This document shows, piece by piece, positions 1 to 11,657 of a DNA stretch of 64,000 nt. The DNA is taken from assembly GCA_002104905.1 (NCBI GenBank), contig MCFE01000481.1, forward strand, positions 1-64,000. The letters run 5' to 3'. The notes below the pieces were generated by a model that made no database searches, was not told the DNA's origin, and saw nothing but the letters and a program-made list of their open reading frames with translations. Made by a program: the position numbers and the translations under genes. Within the stretch, counting starts at the first letter, position 1. Each line of letters begins with the position of its first letter. The DNA comes from Basidiobolus meristosporus CBS 931.73. Taxonomy: Eukaryota > Fungi > Basidiobolomycota.

Positions 1-94
1 ACTGTGACAAAGGAATTACTGGATTAGAGGCAAGTTTATTAATAGAGATTATAAATACATAATAGTAAATACTGCTGTTACTCTGATCTATAAT

Positions 95-925
95 TTACTG
101 GCAATCACCATGGCCATTACTACCATTACTACCATTTCCGGAACCGTAGTCGCCAGCTCCATTACCACCATTACCATTGCCACCGTTGTCATTGCCGTTA
201 CCACCATTTCCAGATTCATAGCCTCCAGCTTCGTTGCCGCCGTTACCATTTCCACTATTACCATTGCTGTCTCCATTGCCGTCTCCACCATTTCCAGAGT
301 CATAGGCACCAGCTCCGTTACCTCCGTTGCCATTTCCGTCTTCACTACCGCCATTGCCATTGCCATTATCACCATTTCCAGAGTCATTGGCACCAGCTCC
401 GTTGCCACCGTTGCCATTTCCACCATTGCCGTTGCCATCTCCATTACCTCCGTTGCCATTACCACCATTGCCATTGCTGTTACCTCCGTTTCCAGAGACA
501 TAGGCGCCAGCTCCATTGCCTCCGCTTCCATCACCGCCGTTCCCGTTGCCGTCTCCATTACTCCCATTTCCAGAGTCATGGGCACCAGCTCCGTTGCCAC
601 CGTTTCCATTTCCTCCATTGCCACCGTTACCATTACCATCATCTCCGTTTCCAGAGTCATAGCCACCAGCTCCGCTGCCGCCGTTACCATTTCCACTATT
701 ACCATTGCTGTCTCCATTGCCGTCACCACCATTTCCAGAGTCATAGGCACCAGCTCCGTTGCCGCCGTTGCCATTTCCACCATTGCCGTTGGCGCCTCCA
801 CTGAATACATCTGTGACATCGTAAGCCCCGCCACTCCTAGCCTGCAGTCTTCTATCGAAAGCTGCGGCGTTGATTGCTGCCAAACCAGAGAGGAAGCACA
901 AGATTCTAGGAGCGGAGAATTTCAT
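95..925 (-). CDS. Secreted Gly/Asn-rich repeat protein (276 aa)
   Basis: Intronless ORF. Hydrophobic N-terminus (MKFSAPRILCFLSGLAAINAAA) resembles a signal peptide and is followed by RR/AR (possible Kex2 site). Then GNG/GDG tracts with about 8 GAG(A/G)YDSGNG-type units; ends in HGDCQ. Confidence 0.8.
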   Translation of the reverse strand: MKFSAPRILCFLSGLAAINAAAFDRRLQARSGGAYDVTDVFSGGANGNGGNGNGGNGAGAYDSGNGGDGNGDSNGNSGNGNGGSGAGGYDSGNGDDGNGNGGNGGNGNGGNGAGAHDSGNGSNGDGNGNGGDGSGGNGAGAYVSGNGGNSNGNGGNGNGGNGDGNGNGGNGNGGNGAGANDSGNGDNGNGNGGSEDGNGNGGNGAGAYDSGNGGDGNGDSNGNSGNGNGGNEAGGYESGNGGNGNDNGGNGNGGNGAGDYGSGNGSNGSNGHGDCQ

Positions 926-1683
926 TCTAATGTAAAAGGAGATATACTACTGAGTGAGATGTCTTGATTTTACCAACTAGAGTGCTTATTTATAGTATAG
1001 CGCCCCTTGGCAATTACTCTTTACCCCACACACCATCTTGGTAAGCGAGGTGTCAGCCATCATATGCAACCACTTCAATGTCTCCAAGACTCTTACAACA
1101 TCTAGCTCATCCTGACTAAAAGCCTAGTGCACAGCAGACCTATCAGGATAGAAGTTGAGCATTTCATTGGCCACCCTCCAGTATACACCCTATATCATAT
1201 ATTTTATGAATAACATGCATCTGCGGAGTATATAATTCAGTCAGCCAAAAATATCTCTTCAATCCTACCATTGCTACCAATTAGATAAACTTCGGTCAAA
1301 TTACCTATATCATACGCATGAATACTAAGAATATTTGTAAGAGCTTTGAGTGTTGAGATTATGTAGTTTGTCACCATTCGCCACCAAGGACTTGGAGATC
1401 ATCAAACCAATGCTAAATCAGTGTAGGAGGACTTCTTTGCATTTCACCAAAATTTTACCTACCCGCAACAAGTCCCACTCTCCCGCAACTTGAGTCATGC
1501 GGAGTACCTTACTCTTACATCGCTTTAGTTGGGCATTTTATGTATTAACAATGTACCAAACAACGCACTATCAAGAGTATACATGAGTATCACAACTACT
1601 TCAACGACAATAGAAAGATCAGATAGATGAACGTTTATGAATGAATATTTATTAGAGTACAATACAAACATCTAAGTAAGGAT

Positions 1684-2592
1684 TCAATTACGGAGGCCGA
1701 ATACCAAGGATAGCAACATGTTGACACCCACCCACTTCTTTGCTCTCGGGCCCAATCTCTCGGCATGGGCAGCGTCTTCCACACCATCTTCAATCTTCTC
1801 CAGCAAGATGAACCCACACTCCTCGGCCTGTTCAATTAGGTTCTGAGCTGAGTGATTGGCGGAGTAGCCCACAACTTTTTCTCCGGTGTTAGGATTGTAA
1901 AAACCAGCGCTTGTCGCGTCACCCATATCGGGATGCATGTTTGAGATGAACAGTTTTCCGGATTCTGGGTTCAAGCATTGCTTGGCAAATCTGAAGAAGT
2001 GGCTTGGATCTGGCAAATGCTCTAATACCAGGGTACTATATATGATATCAACATTCTTGGCCTGAGGTGGGATTGTGGGATTGCTGATGATATCTTGCAA
2101 AATCCATGATACAGTGAGGCTGCCCTGGAAGCTAGAACGGGTGGGAAGATTGGCAAGGTCAGCCAGTTTGGCTTGAGCTTTGGACATCATTCCTTGGGAA
2201 ACATCCATGGCGACAATATCCACCGTCTCCCAATGCGATGCTTGCTCAGCGAAGGGCGAGTCGGGGATTTCTTTTTGGATTCCCATGAGATTAAGAATGT
2301 TTCGCCCGGTACCACACCCGAAGTCCAGTAAGCGTATGCTTTTGCCGGAGGAGGCGGCAGACACGCCGCTCATTAGTCTGGGCAGTGCTTCTTTGAATCG
2401 AAGATCGTCAACCTTCTGGAGGACATTCCCGTCGTTGTCGTAAACCTAAGGGGGAACGGGAGTGAGCTGCATGAAACATCGAGAACACTTGGGCTTTCTC
2501 AGGCTTACCTCGGACCAGGAGTTGTAGAAATCATCCATCTGTTTAACGTAGACGACGTTTCCGGGCGTGCGGCTTCTTGGGACTTCACTCAT
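1684..2592 (-). CDS. Class I SAM-dependent methyltransferase, 2 exons (2592-2509, 2445-1684)
   Basis: Motif I LLDFGCGTG, AMDVSQGM, IYSTLVLEHL. Removing a 63-nt GTAAGC..TAG intron (2508-2446) joins MSEVPRS..NSWSE to VYDNDGNVLQKVDD in frame. Confidence 0.85.
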
Positions 2593-3064
2593 TGCAACCT
2601 CGATGGCCGACCTCATTTTCAATACTGCTATTATAGTGAGAGGCATCAAATCCGCAATCATCCACAGTCGTTCCATTGAACGACCGGTATTCTCGATTAA
2701 CCCATAACCATCCATATCAATGTGTCTTGGGCCACCTATTGGCCAGCCGAGTGGCCAGTCGGGTGGCGCTGCTATATATCTGGTAATTGGCACCATTTGA
2801 ATCTAATATTGAGGTGGTGATCGATAAAGGTGATTGATCGACGAATCTGGCATATACAATTGTCAACCGTTCTCTCATGTGTAGGGCGAATCATAAGCCA
2901 GAATTGGATTTGGAGAACCAACAGTAACAAATTCTAGCATGTTATAGAAGCAGTGAAATTTTATAAATTGATGTTGGGATATGTATTAGGACTATATAGT
3001 TGTACATGCTTACAAAATGGTAAATAGGAACATTACGAGGGGTATAGCACAATGAACAAACGAT

Positions 3065-3976
3065 TTACATTTCGGCCAATTGATTTTGAACCACTGCCTT
3101 GTGGATAGCATTGCTACTAGAACCTTGCTCAAGTGGCATGAAAATCACCTTGGTTCCCGTGTTCTTGCTCATCGAGCTCAAGGTTTCGAGATAACGGATC
3201 TGCATGGCTGCTGGAGTGTTGAGAATCTCCGCCGCCTCTCTCATCAACTTGGCCGAGTCCACTTCGGCTTGGGCGGAAATCACCTTCGACTCACCGATTC
3301 TCTTTTGGGTGGCTGCGCTGGAAAGCGACTCCTGTAGCTCCTTGGAGAACTCAAGATCCTTAATCAGGATGGATTCGATGGTGACTCCCCACTCTCTGGC
3401 TGGAATATCGATCATCTCACGGATGTCATCAGCAATGGTCTCCCGATTCTCAATACAGTCTTGGAGGACTCGAGTTCCGAGAACCCCTCTGAGTGTGGTT
3501 TGTGTACGCTCAATTAGAGCCTGGCGAACGTTGCCAACCCCGAATAATGATTGGTAAGGGTCCACTACATGATAGTAGACCACCGAGTCGATCTTGATGT
3601 TTACATTGTCCTTGGTCATGATGCGAATGTCCTCGATCAAGGCGATCTGCAACTTGATATCAACGCTATGCAGTTTCTCGGTGAAGACATTCACTGTGGT
3701 CAGACCTGGATCCACACATTTGTAGACTCGGCCGAAACGAGAGATCAGACCAACATAGCCTTGATCCACCTCCTTGTTGGGATTTGGACAGCAGAAACAC
3801 CCAGGAATAGAGCCAAGGGCCCCAAATAAATTTCCCAGGGACTGCATGGCAACCCCGTAGAAGCCCGCGACTGGCTCTGCTGGGATTTCTTTGGCAAACG
3901 ACTTGGACATTGCATGGCTACTTGGCTGAGTGGTCAAGGCCTCAGGCTGAGTGGATGAAGATGGCTTCTTGGACAT
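3065..3976 (-). CDS. Stomatin / SPFH (band 7) family protein
   Basis: Intronless 303-aa ORF with CFCCPNP, TKDNVNIKIDSVVYY, TTLRGVLG, AKLMREAAEIL and AMQIRYLETL stomatin motifs. Confidence 0.92.
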   Translation of the reverse strand: MSKKPSSSTQPEALTTQPSSHAMSKSFAKEIPAEPVAGFYGVAMQSLGNLFGALGSIPGCFCCPNPNKEVDQGYVGLISRFGRVYKCVDPGLTTVNVFTEKLHSVDIKLQIALIEDIRIMTKDNVNIKIDSVVYYHVVDPYQSLFGVGNVRQALIERTQTTLRGVLGTRVLQDCIENRETIADDIREMIDIPAREWGVTIESILIKDLEFSKELQESLSSAATQKRIGESKVISAQAEVDSAKLMREAAEILNTPAAMQIRYLETLSSMSKNTGTKVIFMPLEQGSSSNAIHKAVVQNQLAEM

Positions 3977-4879
3977 TGATTAGAAAGGATAGAGGTTTGG
4001 ATGAATCGAGATAGAGGGGGTGCGCAGCTCTTATATAATTTGGACCTCCGAAACCTAGAAAATCCATAATGTGGGTGAGTGGCACCAAACTAATCACATG
4101 GATTCAGCAAGAAGATCCGGCTGTACAACGGAATGATGGGCTACGACCAATCAACCCGTTCCCTCTACCATGGCTGCCGGCTTTCGCCCAAACCGGTTTC
4201 TGTTTGCTCTTCATCGGTTGTATTATACTATCCATGAGGTTAGACACCTTCAGAGGGTCCAATATAGAAATTCGCTTCTTGGCAGAAATCCCCCCCCCAC
4301 AAGGCTGTTTCTTACCCGCCTCTACCTGGTATCTACCGTGAGGGTAGCTTGCATGAATGGTAGATTGAAGCATATGTGTCGTATTCACGATAATGCTAAC
4401 TGCAGAGGTGCGATCTTTGATTTGAGCATTATCACTCACCACCACCACCACCACCGTCAGCTTAAGAGTGCCCATACCCTTTGGAAATGAATTACATTAT
4501 TGCGTCCACAACAGCGGTGTTCTACACTCGAGACAGCCGGGGATGATGGTGTAGGATCGGACTCCTTTTCGGTCGCGTTGCGGTTCGGAACGTACCAGCA
4601 TGGAAACGGAAGACACGAAACAACGCATAGATCAACGCGAGAACAGAGGAGGAGATATGGTAAACAAAGAGGTGAACTAGCTGTGCACGGTTTTCCCGGT
4701 TGAAAATCGCGTACACTGGCGCAAGGTGCCTTGTGGATCGCGAAAATCGGTGGATGGTTTTGGTAATAGACTAGGAAGGATTTAACCTAAACGGACCAAG
4801 TGGTTTGTTGGCCAAAAACAATGGAACTTATAAAAAATCCCGCCTTGCCTGTTTCCCATCATCCCCATCAGCCTCTAGA

Positions 4880-5647
4880 ATGTTGTCTACTGTTAGAATC
4901 ATCGGCTCCCTCCTCGCCTTCCTTGCCACTGTGCATTCGGCGCCGGTCGATGAGCTGGTCCACAACATCGTCTTCAAAAACCAATGCACCCACAACGTAT
5001 GGCTGGCGGCGTCGACCACCTGGGACAACACTCCCTTGCCTGCCAATGCGGGGCTACTCACCCCCGGAGAAACCTTCACCATCACTGTGGTGGATCAATG
5101 GCAAGGTCGGTTCTGGGGTAGAACAGAGTGTGATTTCCAGCACAAGAATATGACCACCAATACCGCCTGCGTCACTGGCGACTGTGGTTCTGGAGAAGAG
5201 TACTGTGGCTATATCTCTGGCAGACCACCTGCCTCGTTGGCCGAGTTCACCTTCAACGGCTGGAATGACCTCGACTACTACGACGTATCTCTCGTGGACG
5301 GGTACAACCTGCCAGTCTCCATTCAGCCCCATTCCAAGGTTAACAACTGGGGTAACCCCTTCTCGTGCGGAAGTCCCACCGTTGAGAAGGACATCAACCT
5401 CATCTGCCCCGGTCCCCTTCAGATCCGGGACCACGATGGAAACGTGGTCGGTTGTGAGTCAGCGTGCACTGCCTTCGGGTTGCCTCAATACTGTTGCTCC
5501 GGCCCTGACAGCACACCCCAGAAATGTCACCCAACCAAATACTCCAAGCTGTTCAAGTCCGCTTGTCCATTCTGTTACAGCTATGCCTACGACGATGCCA
5601 CCTCGATCTTCACCTGTCGCGGTGACTACACCGTCCAGTTTTGTTAG
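4880..5647 (+). CDS. Secreted thaumatin-like (PR-5) protein
   Basis: ATG at 4880 gives a signal peptide (MLSTVRIIGSLLAFLATVHSA). Motifs WQGRFWGRT, CVTGDCG, PPASLAEFT, DYYDVSLVDGYNLP, YSYAYDD; 16 Cys. Confidence 0.92.
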   Translation: MLSTVRIIGSLLAFLATVHSAPVDELVHNIVFKNQCTHNVWLAASTTWDNTPLPANAGLLTPGETFTITVVDQWQGRFWGRTECDFQHKNMTTNTACVTGDCGSGEEYCGYISGRPPASLAEFTFNGWNDLDYYDVSLVDGYNLPVSIQPHSKVNNWGNPFSCGSPTVEKDINLICPGPLQIRDHDGNVVGCESACTAFGLPQYCCSGPDSTPQKCHPTKYSKLFKSACPFCYSYAYDDATSIFTCRGDYTVQFC

Positions 5648-5679
5648 TTCGCGAAGGACTCGCCGTCCCCTCTGTACAT

Positions 5680-5719
5680 AATTTAATTTAATTTAATCTA
5701 ATCTAATCCAATCCAATCC
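5680..5719. repeat. Graded pentanucleotide microsatellite (AATTT)3(AATCT)2(AATCC)3
   Basis: Read directly; lies in the thaumatin 3' region. Confidence 0.8.
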
Positions 5720-5936
5720 GCAATAAACGAGATCCATTAATCTTTCCACCGGCCTCACCATTGTTGAATCCCATGCAGGTATCACATCCGATACCTAGGT
5801 CACGTCAAGGATCATTGGGTTGAGGTTGGTTTGTTGAGCCCCGTCCGTCCGATGTGGGTTGTCACTACATACATCGTACGATGAAATGGTGCTTTGCTAC
5901 CATCATCCATCGTGGTACCAAATAGACATAAAATTT

Positions 5937-6008
5937 TGCCTACTGCCAGGATTGAACTGGCGACCTTCAGTTTACGAGACTGACGCGCTACCACTGCGCT
6001 AAGCAGGC
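5937..6008 (-). tRNA. tRNA-Thr (anticodon CGU), intronless
   Basis: The reverse complement folds as a cloverleaf: acceptor GCCTGCT/AGTAGGC, D-arm GCGC-AGTGGTA-GCGC, anticodon arm TCAGT-CTCGTAA-ACTGA, T-arm GCCAG-TTCAATC-CTGGC. A T4 run follows downstream. Confidence 0.95.
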
Positions 6009-7082
6009 TTCTGTAACTTCTGAAAACTTCATTTAAATATGGTAATGGTCTATAATTCAGGAAAGTACCAACAAATTTTCCATTAATAAAATAGCCCAAA
6101 AGGATAAGAAAACAGCACAAAATCTCGGAAATTTGGGATCAGAAACATCATACACTTGCGATCACCCGTAAATCACCGACCAATAGCATCATCGACATGA
6201 TGTTTGCAAAAGCGACCCGCGAAATCCGTCGAAACGAGCATTTGTTTGGATAGATGGACGTGGCCTATCCCTCTCGAGACCTTTGGGGCAGAAGACCATT
6301 GGCTCCCTCCCTCCGAGCCATCTCTACAGGAGAGCCGCCTACACACAGCAACAACCATGGTCACGGTGATCCATTGATTTTTCGTCTACTACACCGCGAT
6401 AAATTCAATGAGATACACAAGTGTGAACCCGAGCCATGGATACTCGTAAACTTCCGTCCAGGAGAAATGGTCAACCGTTGCATGAATGCTCGTGGCGTAC
6501 GAAGTGTACAGCACACACCATCTATTCGATCATCCAGGGTGACACGATGGAGCCCCCGTTTTCCGGGGGGGTTGATTTCCTCAGGTACCGATGTGCACAA
6601 AGCCAATGTTTAATCAATCATTTCGGACTATGCATATGCCGCCTGGAGGCACTGGCTGATGAGTCGAAGTCCGCACGCTACCTTAATAAAAGGTTGGGCG
6701 TTGGATAAGTGCGGCCTTGTCGGTTTGATGAGCGAACAAGCAGATCCAAGCCATTCATCAGCCGTACGCTGGGATTGTGAGAGGTCCAGGGGAGCGGGGA
6801 GGTTGGGCCAGTTCCCTGGAGTTTTCAACCACCAGCACCAGAGGATGCGTCGAAACTACCTCTTTGCTGTCGAGTGACGTTGTTGGGGTTGCCAGTGTTT
6901 ATAGCAGGCGATGGGATAAAAAAAATTCCCCCCTCTGCCACTCGCGAAGGATCGATCGGATTGGCTGGCTCGCGAGTACCGGGTGGAATAAATATGATAG
7001 GACGGGGTGGGGATCGATCTTTTCTGCCTAATCTTTGTTCTGGATCCCCTTCCGCCAAAGTTGCAATCAGTCAGCCTTCAAT

Positions 7083-7945
7083 ATGGTACGATGCACCTAA
7101 CATGATGTGAATACCCCGACGCCAACCATCTAACCTGTTCTCCATCCATCCATCTACAGCCTAAGGGAAAGTCCACCAAGAAAGTCGCCCCCGCTCCCTA
7201 CCCCGTGAAGGGTAAGCAATCCAGCAAGGTCGTCAAGAACCCCTTGTTCGAGAAGACTCCCAAGAACTTCAGTATCGGCGCTGATATCCAGCCCAAGCGT
7301 GACTTGTCTCGCTTCGTCAAGTGGCCCGAGTATGTCCGTCTCCAACGCCAAAGAAAGGTCCTCAAGCTCCGTCTTAAGGTCCCTCCTTCCATCAACCAAT
7401 TCACCAAGGTTTTGGATCGCAACACCGCCACCGAGCTCTTCAAGGTCTTGAACAAGTACCGTCCCGAGACCAAGCAAGAGAAGAAGACCCGTCTCGGTGA
7501 GGCCGCCAAGGTCACCGCCGAGGGAGGCAAGGTTGAGTCCAAGAAGCCCGTCGTCGTCAAGTACGGTATCAACCACATCACCGCCCTCATCGAAGCCAAG
7601 AAGGCCCAACTCGTCGTCATCGCCGACGATGTTGACCCCATTGAAATCGTCCTCTGGTTGCCCGCCCTCTGCCGCAAGATGGGTATCCCTTACTGCATTG
7701 TCAAGGGTAAGGCTCGTCTCGGTACCGTCGTTCACAAGAAGACCGCCACTGCCCTCGCCATCACCGACATCCGTGAGGAGGACAAGGCCGATCTCGCCAA
7801 GTTGGTCGACTCCATCAAGGCCAACTACAACGACAAATACGAGGAGGTCCGCAAGCACTGGGGTGGTGGTATCATGGGCGCCAAGTCCCAAGCCGCCACT
7901 CTCAAGAAGCAAAAGGCTCTTGCCAAGGCTACTGGCAAGGCTTAA
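7083..7945 (+). CDS. RPL8: 60S ribosomal protein L8 / L7a (eL8); exons 7083-7085, 7160-7945
   Basis: [61 protein letters not shown] and WGGGIMG. An ATG-only first exon and a 74-nt GTACGA..CTAAC..CAG intron give [14 protein letters not shown]. Confidence 0.96.
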
Positions 7946-8134
7946 GTTTCGTTTAGGCCCTTGCTGCTGTTGTCTTCAAACTAATAATAAAAACATGGTG
8001 TACAACAAACCCCTCGTCACCTCGTGCGGATTTTATGGATTTATTGTAGAAAGCGTAACATAGGTAGTTTTTGGGTGGTAACGGTAACAGTATTAGGTTG
8101 TACAATACGTGTGGGTTGAGGTGTGGTGTGTGGG

Positions 8135-11100
8135 TCAGGATAGGTCAAAGCCAGCCTCCGAGTTGATCGCGTATTTCAGTTTCCTAGATGAATGCAAACT
8201 TTGGTCAGTACCAGTGATAATGGTCAATTCCACCGAAACTCACGTACTCCCTCAATATGGCCTTGGTGCTGAACTGCGGCAACTTCAGTAGATTAACGCA
8301 GGTGGAGGAGGTGGGCAACCTGGAATCATCCTCGCCCGCACTGGTGATGCACATCTTGGGGCTCAACTCCTTGAATCCAAGCAGAGGCGGTCTCGAACAG
8401 CTGGTGATGAACTTGACCAGCTTCTCCCTTTCCTCAGGCTGGAATTCGTGCACCACCTCCCAGAAGTTGCGGATTACTGGGTGGGATTCGAAATACTTGC
8501 CCTCGTAGACAATGTTGCTCTTGAGGTCAACCAGGTCGATGGGCACCTGAGCACCGCCGAGCAGTACCTGGAGCTCCTGCTGGTTGAACATCTTCAGCCA
8601 GTTGGGCTCTATCAGGTCGGTCAGGCCCCGGAAGAATGCTCTGCACTGCTTGTAAATCTGATCGTTCAGTCGGTAATTCGCCACCCGGTAAATGTACTCG
8701 ATCCTGTTCTCCAGAGTCACCGGGATCTTCGAACCCCCGGGGATTAGTTCCAACTCTCTCTTGGCCCCCAGCTCGTCGCTTATCACAGTGAACGTAAGCG
8801 AAAGGTTCTGGACCTCCTCCTTATCGCAATTCTTCAAATAGATCAGCCCGCGGTACAATTCTGGATCAAGGGTCGGTAGATCATCCAGGAAGTTCAGTCT
8901 GCCGAGCAACTTGCTCAAAAAGAACCCTGCGAAGGCCACATCCACCAGGATTCCCTCGTAGAGCGCCTTGCCCATGATTCTACCCAAGAACTCGTAGTGC
9001 CCAAGCTGTGTATCCTCCTGGGCAAACGCATGTGGGTTGGGGTACAGCTTTTGATCCACGGTGTTCAAGAAAAGCCCATAATCCGTGTCAAATGCCTGCC
9101 TGGCCAGGCCTGTAAGGAACTCCTTAAAGACGCCTGATACAAACCTGTTAGTCTACCTCCCGCTGGCGCGCAAACAAGTTGTCCTTACCTCCACCATCAA
9201 TGCCAGCCTCCTCAAGTCCAAACTGATCGATAAATGTGATAGCTACCCTAGACTTCAGTCCAGAGCCTAGTCTGTTCAGATGGTCGTAGCCATCCTCAAA
9301 GATATGATCTCTTCGGATGATCGCTTTGGCACCATGCAGGGGCCCAAAGTAGTGGGGCGCTGGCAGGTGTGCTTTATCACCAAGCACAAATCGTCGGAAT
9401 ATATAAACTCGGTCTTCGAAAGGAATGACGAAGGGGATGTTGTGTAGAATCGCCAGCTTGGCACCGACGCCTTTGTCGGCGTTTCTGTATTCCTCTTCCT
9501 CCGCTACTACCGAATCAGCAAACTGTGTGATACCATTAAGCTCACTCTTCATTAGCCAATGATCTAATGGAGTGAACTGTTTTCTAGATTCTCGTGCATG
9601 TATCTGTTGCAACAATTTAGTACTGATGGTACGAAGCTCTTTCACTGGGATCGAGGTACCTGGCACTTCGTTTCCAAGGTCGATCTGATTCTCATTCCAA
9701 TATAGATTGAATGTCAAATTTCTCAAAATCCCCGATAATTCTACAACCTCCGCAATACTCAGTGGGTTTTTCTCCCCGAAAAACTCGTCATCTCCGAGTG
9801 TGATCAGCACTCTGGCGTAGATTTCAATGACGAGCATGATTGCTGCCCATTCCATTTGGAATTGTTCCTCACCAAACAGCTGGACCGGTAGCTTGGTTGC
9901 CTGCAGTCTGCTGGCCAGCATGGATCCTTTAAACGCACTCCACGCCACCTTCAGGAAGGGAACGTCGTTGTTGAACAGCAGGTAGTTGAATATGTTTTGT
10001 CTTGCGGTAGGCCACCGAGACAGAAGGTTGATTATCAAATGGATCGCCAGATAGAACTCCTCGTCTTGCTTTCCAGACACGTCATGACTCGACAATGGTT
10101 GCAGGATATTGGCCAAGTGGCTCGGCTCGTACATCAAGTTCAGCCATTTTTGAAGCTTTTGGTTGGCAAGCTCCTCGTCGGTTTCCATGGGGGCTATATC
10201 TGGCCTGTCTTCGTGCTCGTCGTCAGAATCATCCGAGTCGATCTCCGTTTTAATGTCTACATTCAATATCGCAAACAAACGTAAATCACCTGATCTGTAA
10301 GCGGGAAAGGGACTAGGCAAGCGCGAACACTTACCATGGTTCGATGCGGTGCTTTCGAGGAACTTCCTTGGCACACGGACAATGAGGTCGCGGAGAACTT
10401 TGACATAGATCAGCTAGAATGGCTTGTACGGTTAGAGATCAGCTCGGTAGAGACAGCCTCCACATCGACATACCTTTGCTTCTCTGTTCATCTTTTCGAC
10501 CCGTTTGTGTCCAAACGCCAGGATATTACTCAGCAACGGTAACGTAGAGCTCTCCTCAATTTGGATTTTTCCGCTTGCAGTCTGATTTAATATATCCAAG
10601 AAAGGCAGGTTGCGAGAAAAATAAAGAACTCCATCAAACTTCAGCCGATTTGGCAGCAATGGAACACTCATGATGTTAAGGATGATTTGTTGCTACAGCT
10701 ACGTCATACATCTCTTCATGCGGACCGGCATATTGAAATACTCTTAATATCAGCTTGCTAACATCTGCTTCCGTCGAGTGTTCTGGCAACTTTTGGCAGC
10801 GAGGTTCATAGTTAGAGATAGAAAGAATGCTGCACGGTGGATTCGAATCTTACCTGTGTCAAGTAGTCACTCAAGTGCTGATACATCCCCTTTCGAATCA
10901 AATACCCCAGTATTTTCATAACTGTCTGTTTGCTGGTCAGATAAAATTGTGTTGGTAAATCAGACAACAGAGTTTGTGAAGCTATGTGAAATGTACCTTT
11001 GATCCGAGGCTTGGTTAATTTGTCGGTAGCTGCTCTCCTCCGTCAGGAAAAGCAAACATCTTAACAGATAAGAATCGCCAGTACGAACAAATGCTCTCAA

Positions 11101-11657
11101 TAAGATATCACATGCTTTTCTTAAGGTGTGTATGTAGACGTCTTCTCCTATGGCGAGTGAGCTAAAAGCGAAGTTGTAATGCCCTTCAGGTAGTTTTGGC
11201 TGTGGATTCGACAACACCAATGCCAACGCAACAAGTCTTATTTCGTCGTGCATAGGTCGATAGAATAAAACTAGTTCACGTAAAAACTGGAATAGCCGGC
11301 TAGAAGTCAAATCTGCAATCTTTGCATCGTCGAATTTGGCATTCCATTGCTGACGCAGGTCTGACCGCAGTGACTGCGCACGTTTGCGACCACGGTAGAA
11401 GCTCTGCAAGTTAATCAGTAAGTAGAGGTTCAAGAAATTGACGCATGACCAGCAGTAGCACCAAGGTACAAGCTACCTGGACTTGCGAGACATCTTACCT
11501 GGATCAGGATAGCAGAGCGTTCACGCTTTCGAGATTGCTCACGTTTTTTGCGTTCCAATTGGGCTTTTTTCAGCAAATCTTTTTTGTCCTGTTGTTGGCG
11601 AGAGCCACCCAGGTTGATGTTTCTCTTGGCTTTGAAATCACCCTCAAAGCTGAACAT
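8135..11657 (-). CDS. HUL5: IQ + HECT E3 ubiquitin ligase (UBE3C / Hul5 type), multi-exon
   Basis: N-terminus MFSFEGDFKAKRNINLGG..ILIQ/SFYRG (IQ motif). HECT domain with GIDGGG/VFKEF, FITSCSRPPLLGF and the catalytic RLPTSSTCVNLLKLP. The last exon gives EKLKYAINSEAGFDLS* (TGA at 8137-8135). Several GT-AG introns. Confidence 0.9.

Noticed and set aside
88-967. Long overlapping ORFs 110..967 (+) and 88..834 (-)
   Set aside because: They are by-products of the GGN-AAY repeat, which excludes stops in other frames. Only 95..925 has a coherent signal peptide plus repeat architecture.
4104-4716. Small ORFs and the (CAC)n His-tract between the stomatin and thaumatin genes
   Set aside because: No recognisable domains; consistent with a divergent promoter containing a short microsatellite.
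6656-6856. Hammerhead ribozyme (CTGATGA ... GAAAC)
   Set aside because: The bases after CTGATGA do not pair with those before GAAA, so stem II cannot form, and CTGATGA is itself inside another helix.
6121-6900. RNase MRP/P or telomerase RNA
   Set aside because: MRP-like words (ACGATGGAGC on +, GGTTGAAAACTCC on -) are on opposite strands, and no telomere-template sequence such as CTAACCCT is present.
7154-7912. Antisense ORFs over RPL8, calmodulin (13043..13411), thaumatin and HIR3
   Set aside because: These are typical shadows of strongly biased codon usage, with no independent protein motifs.
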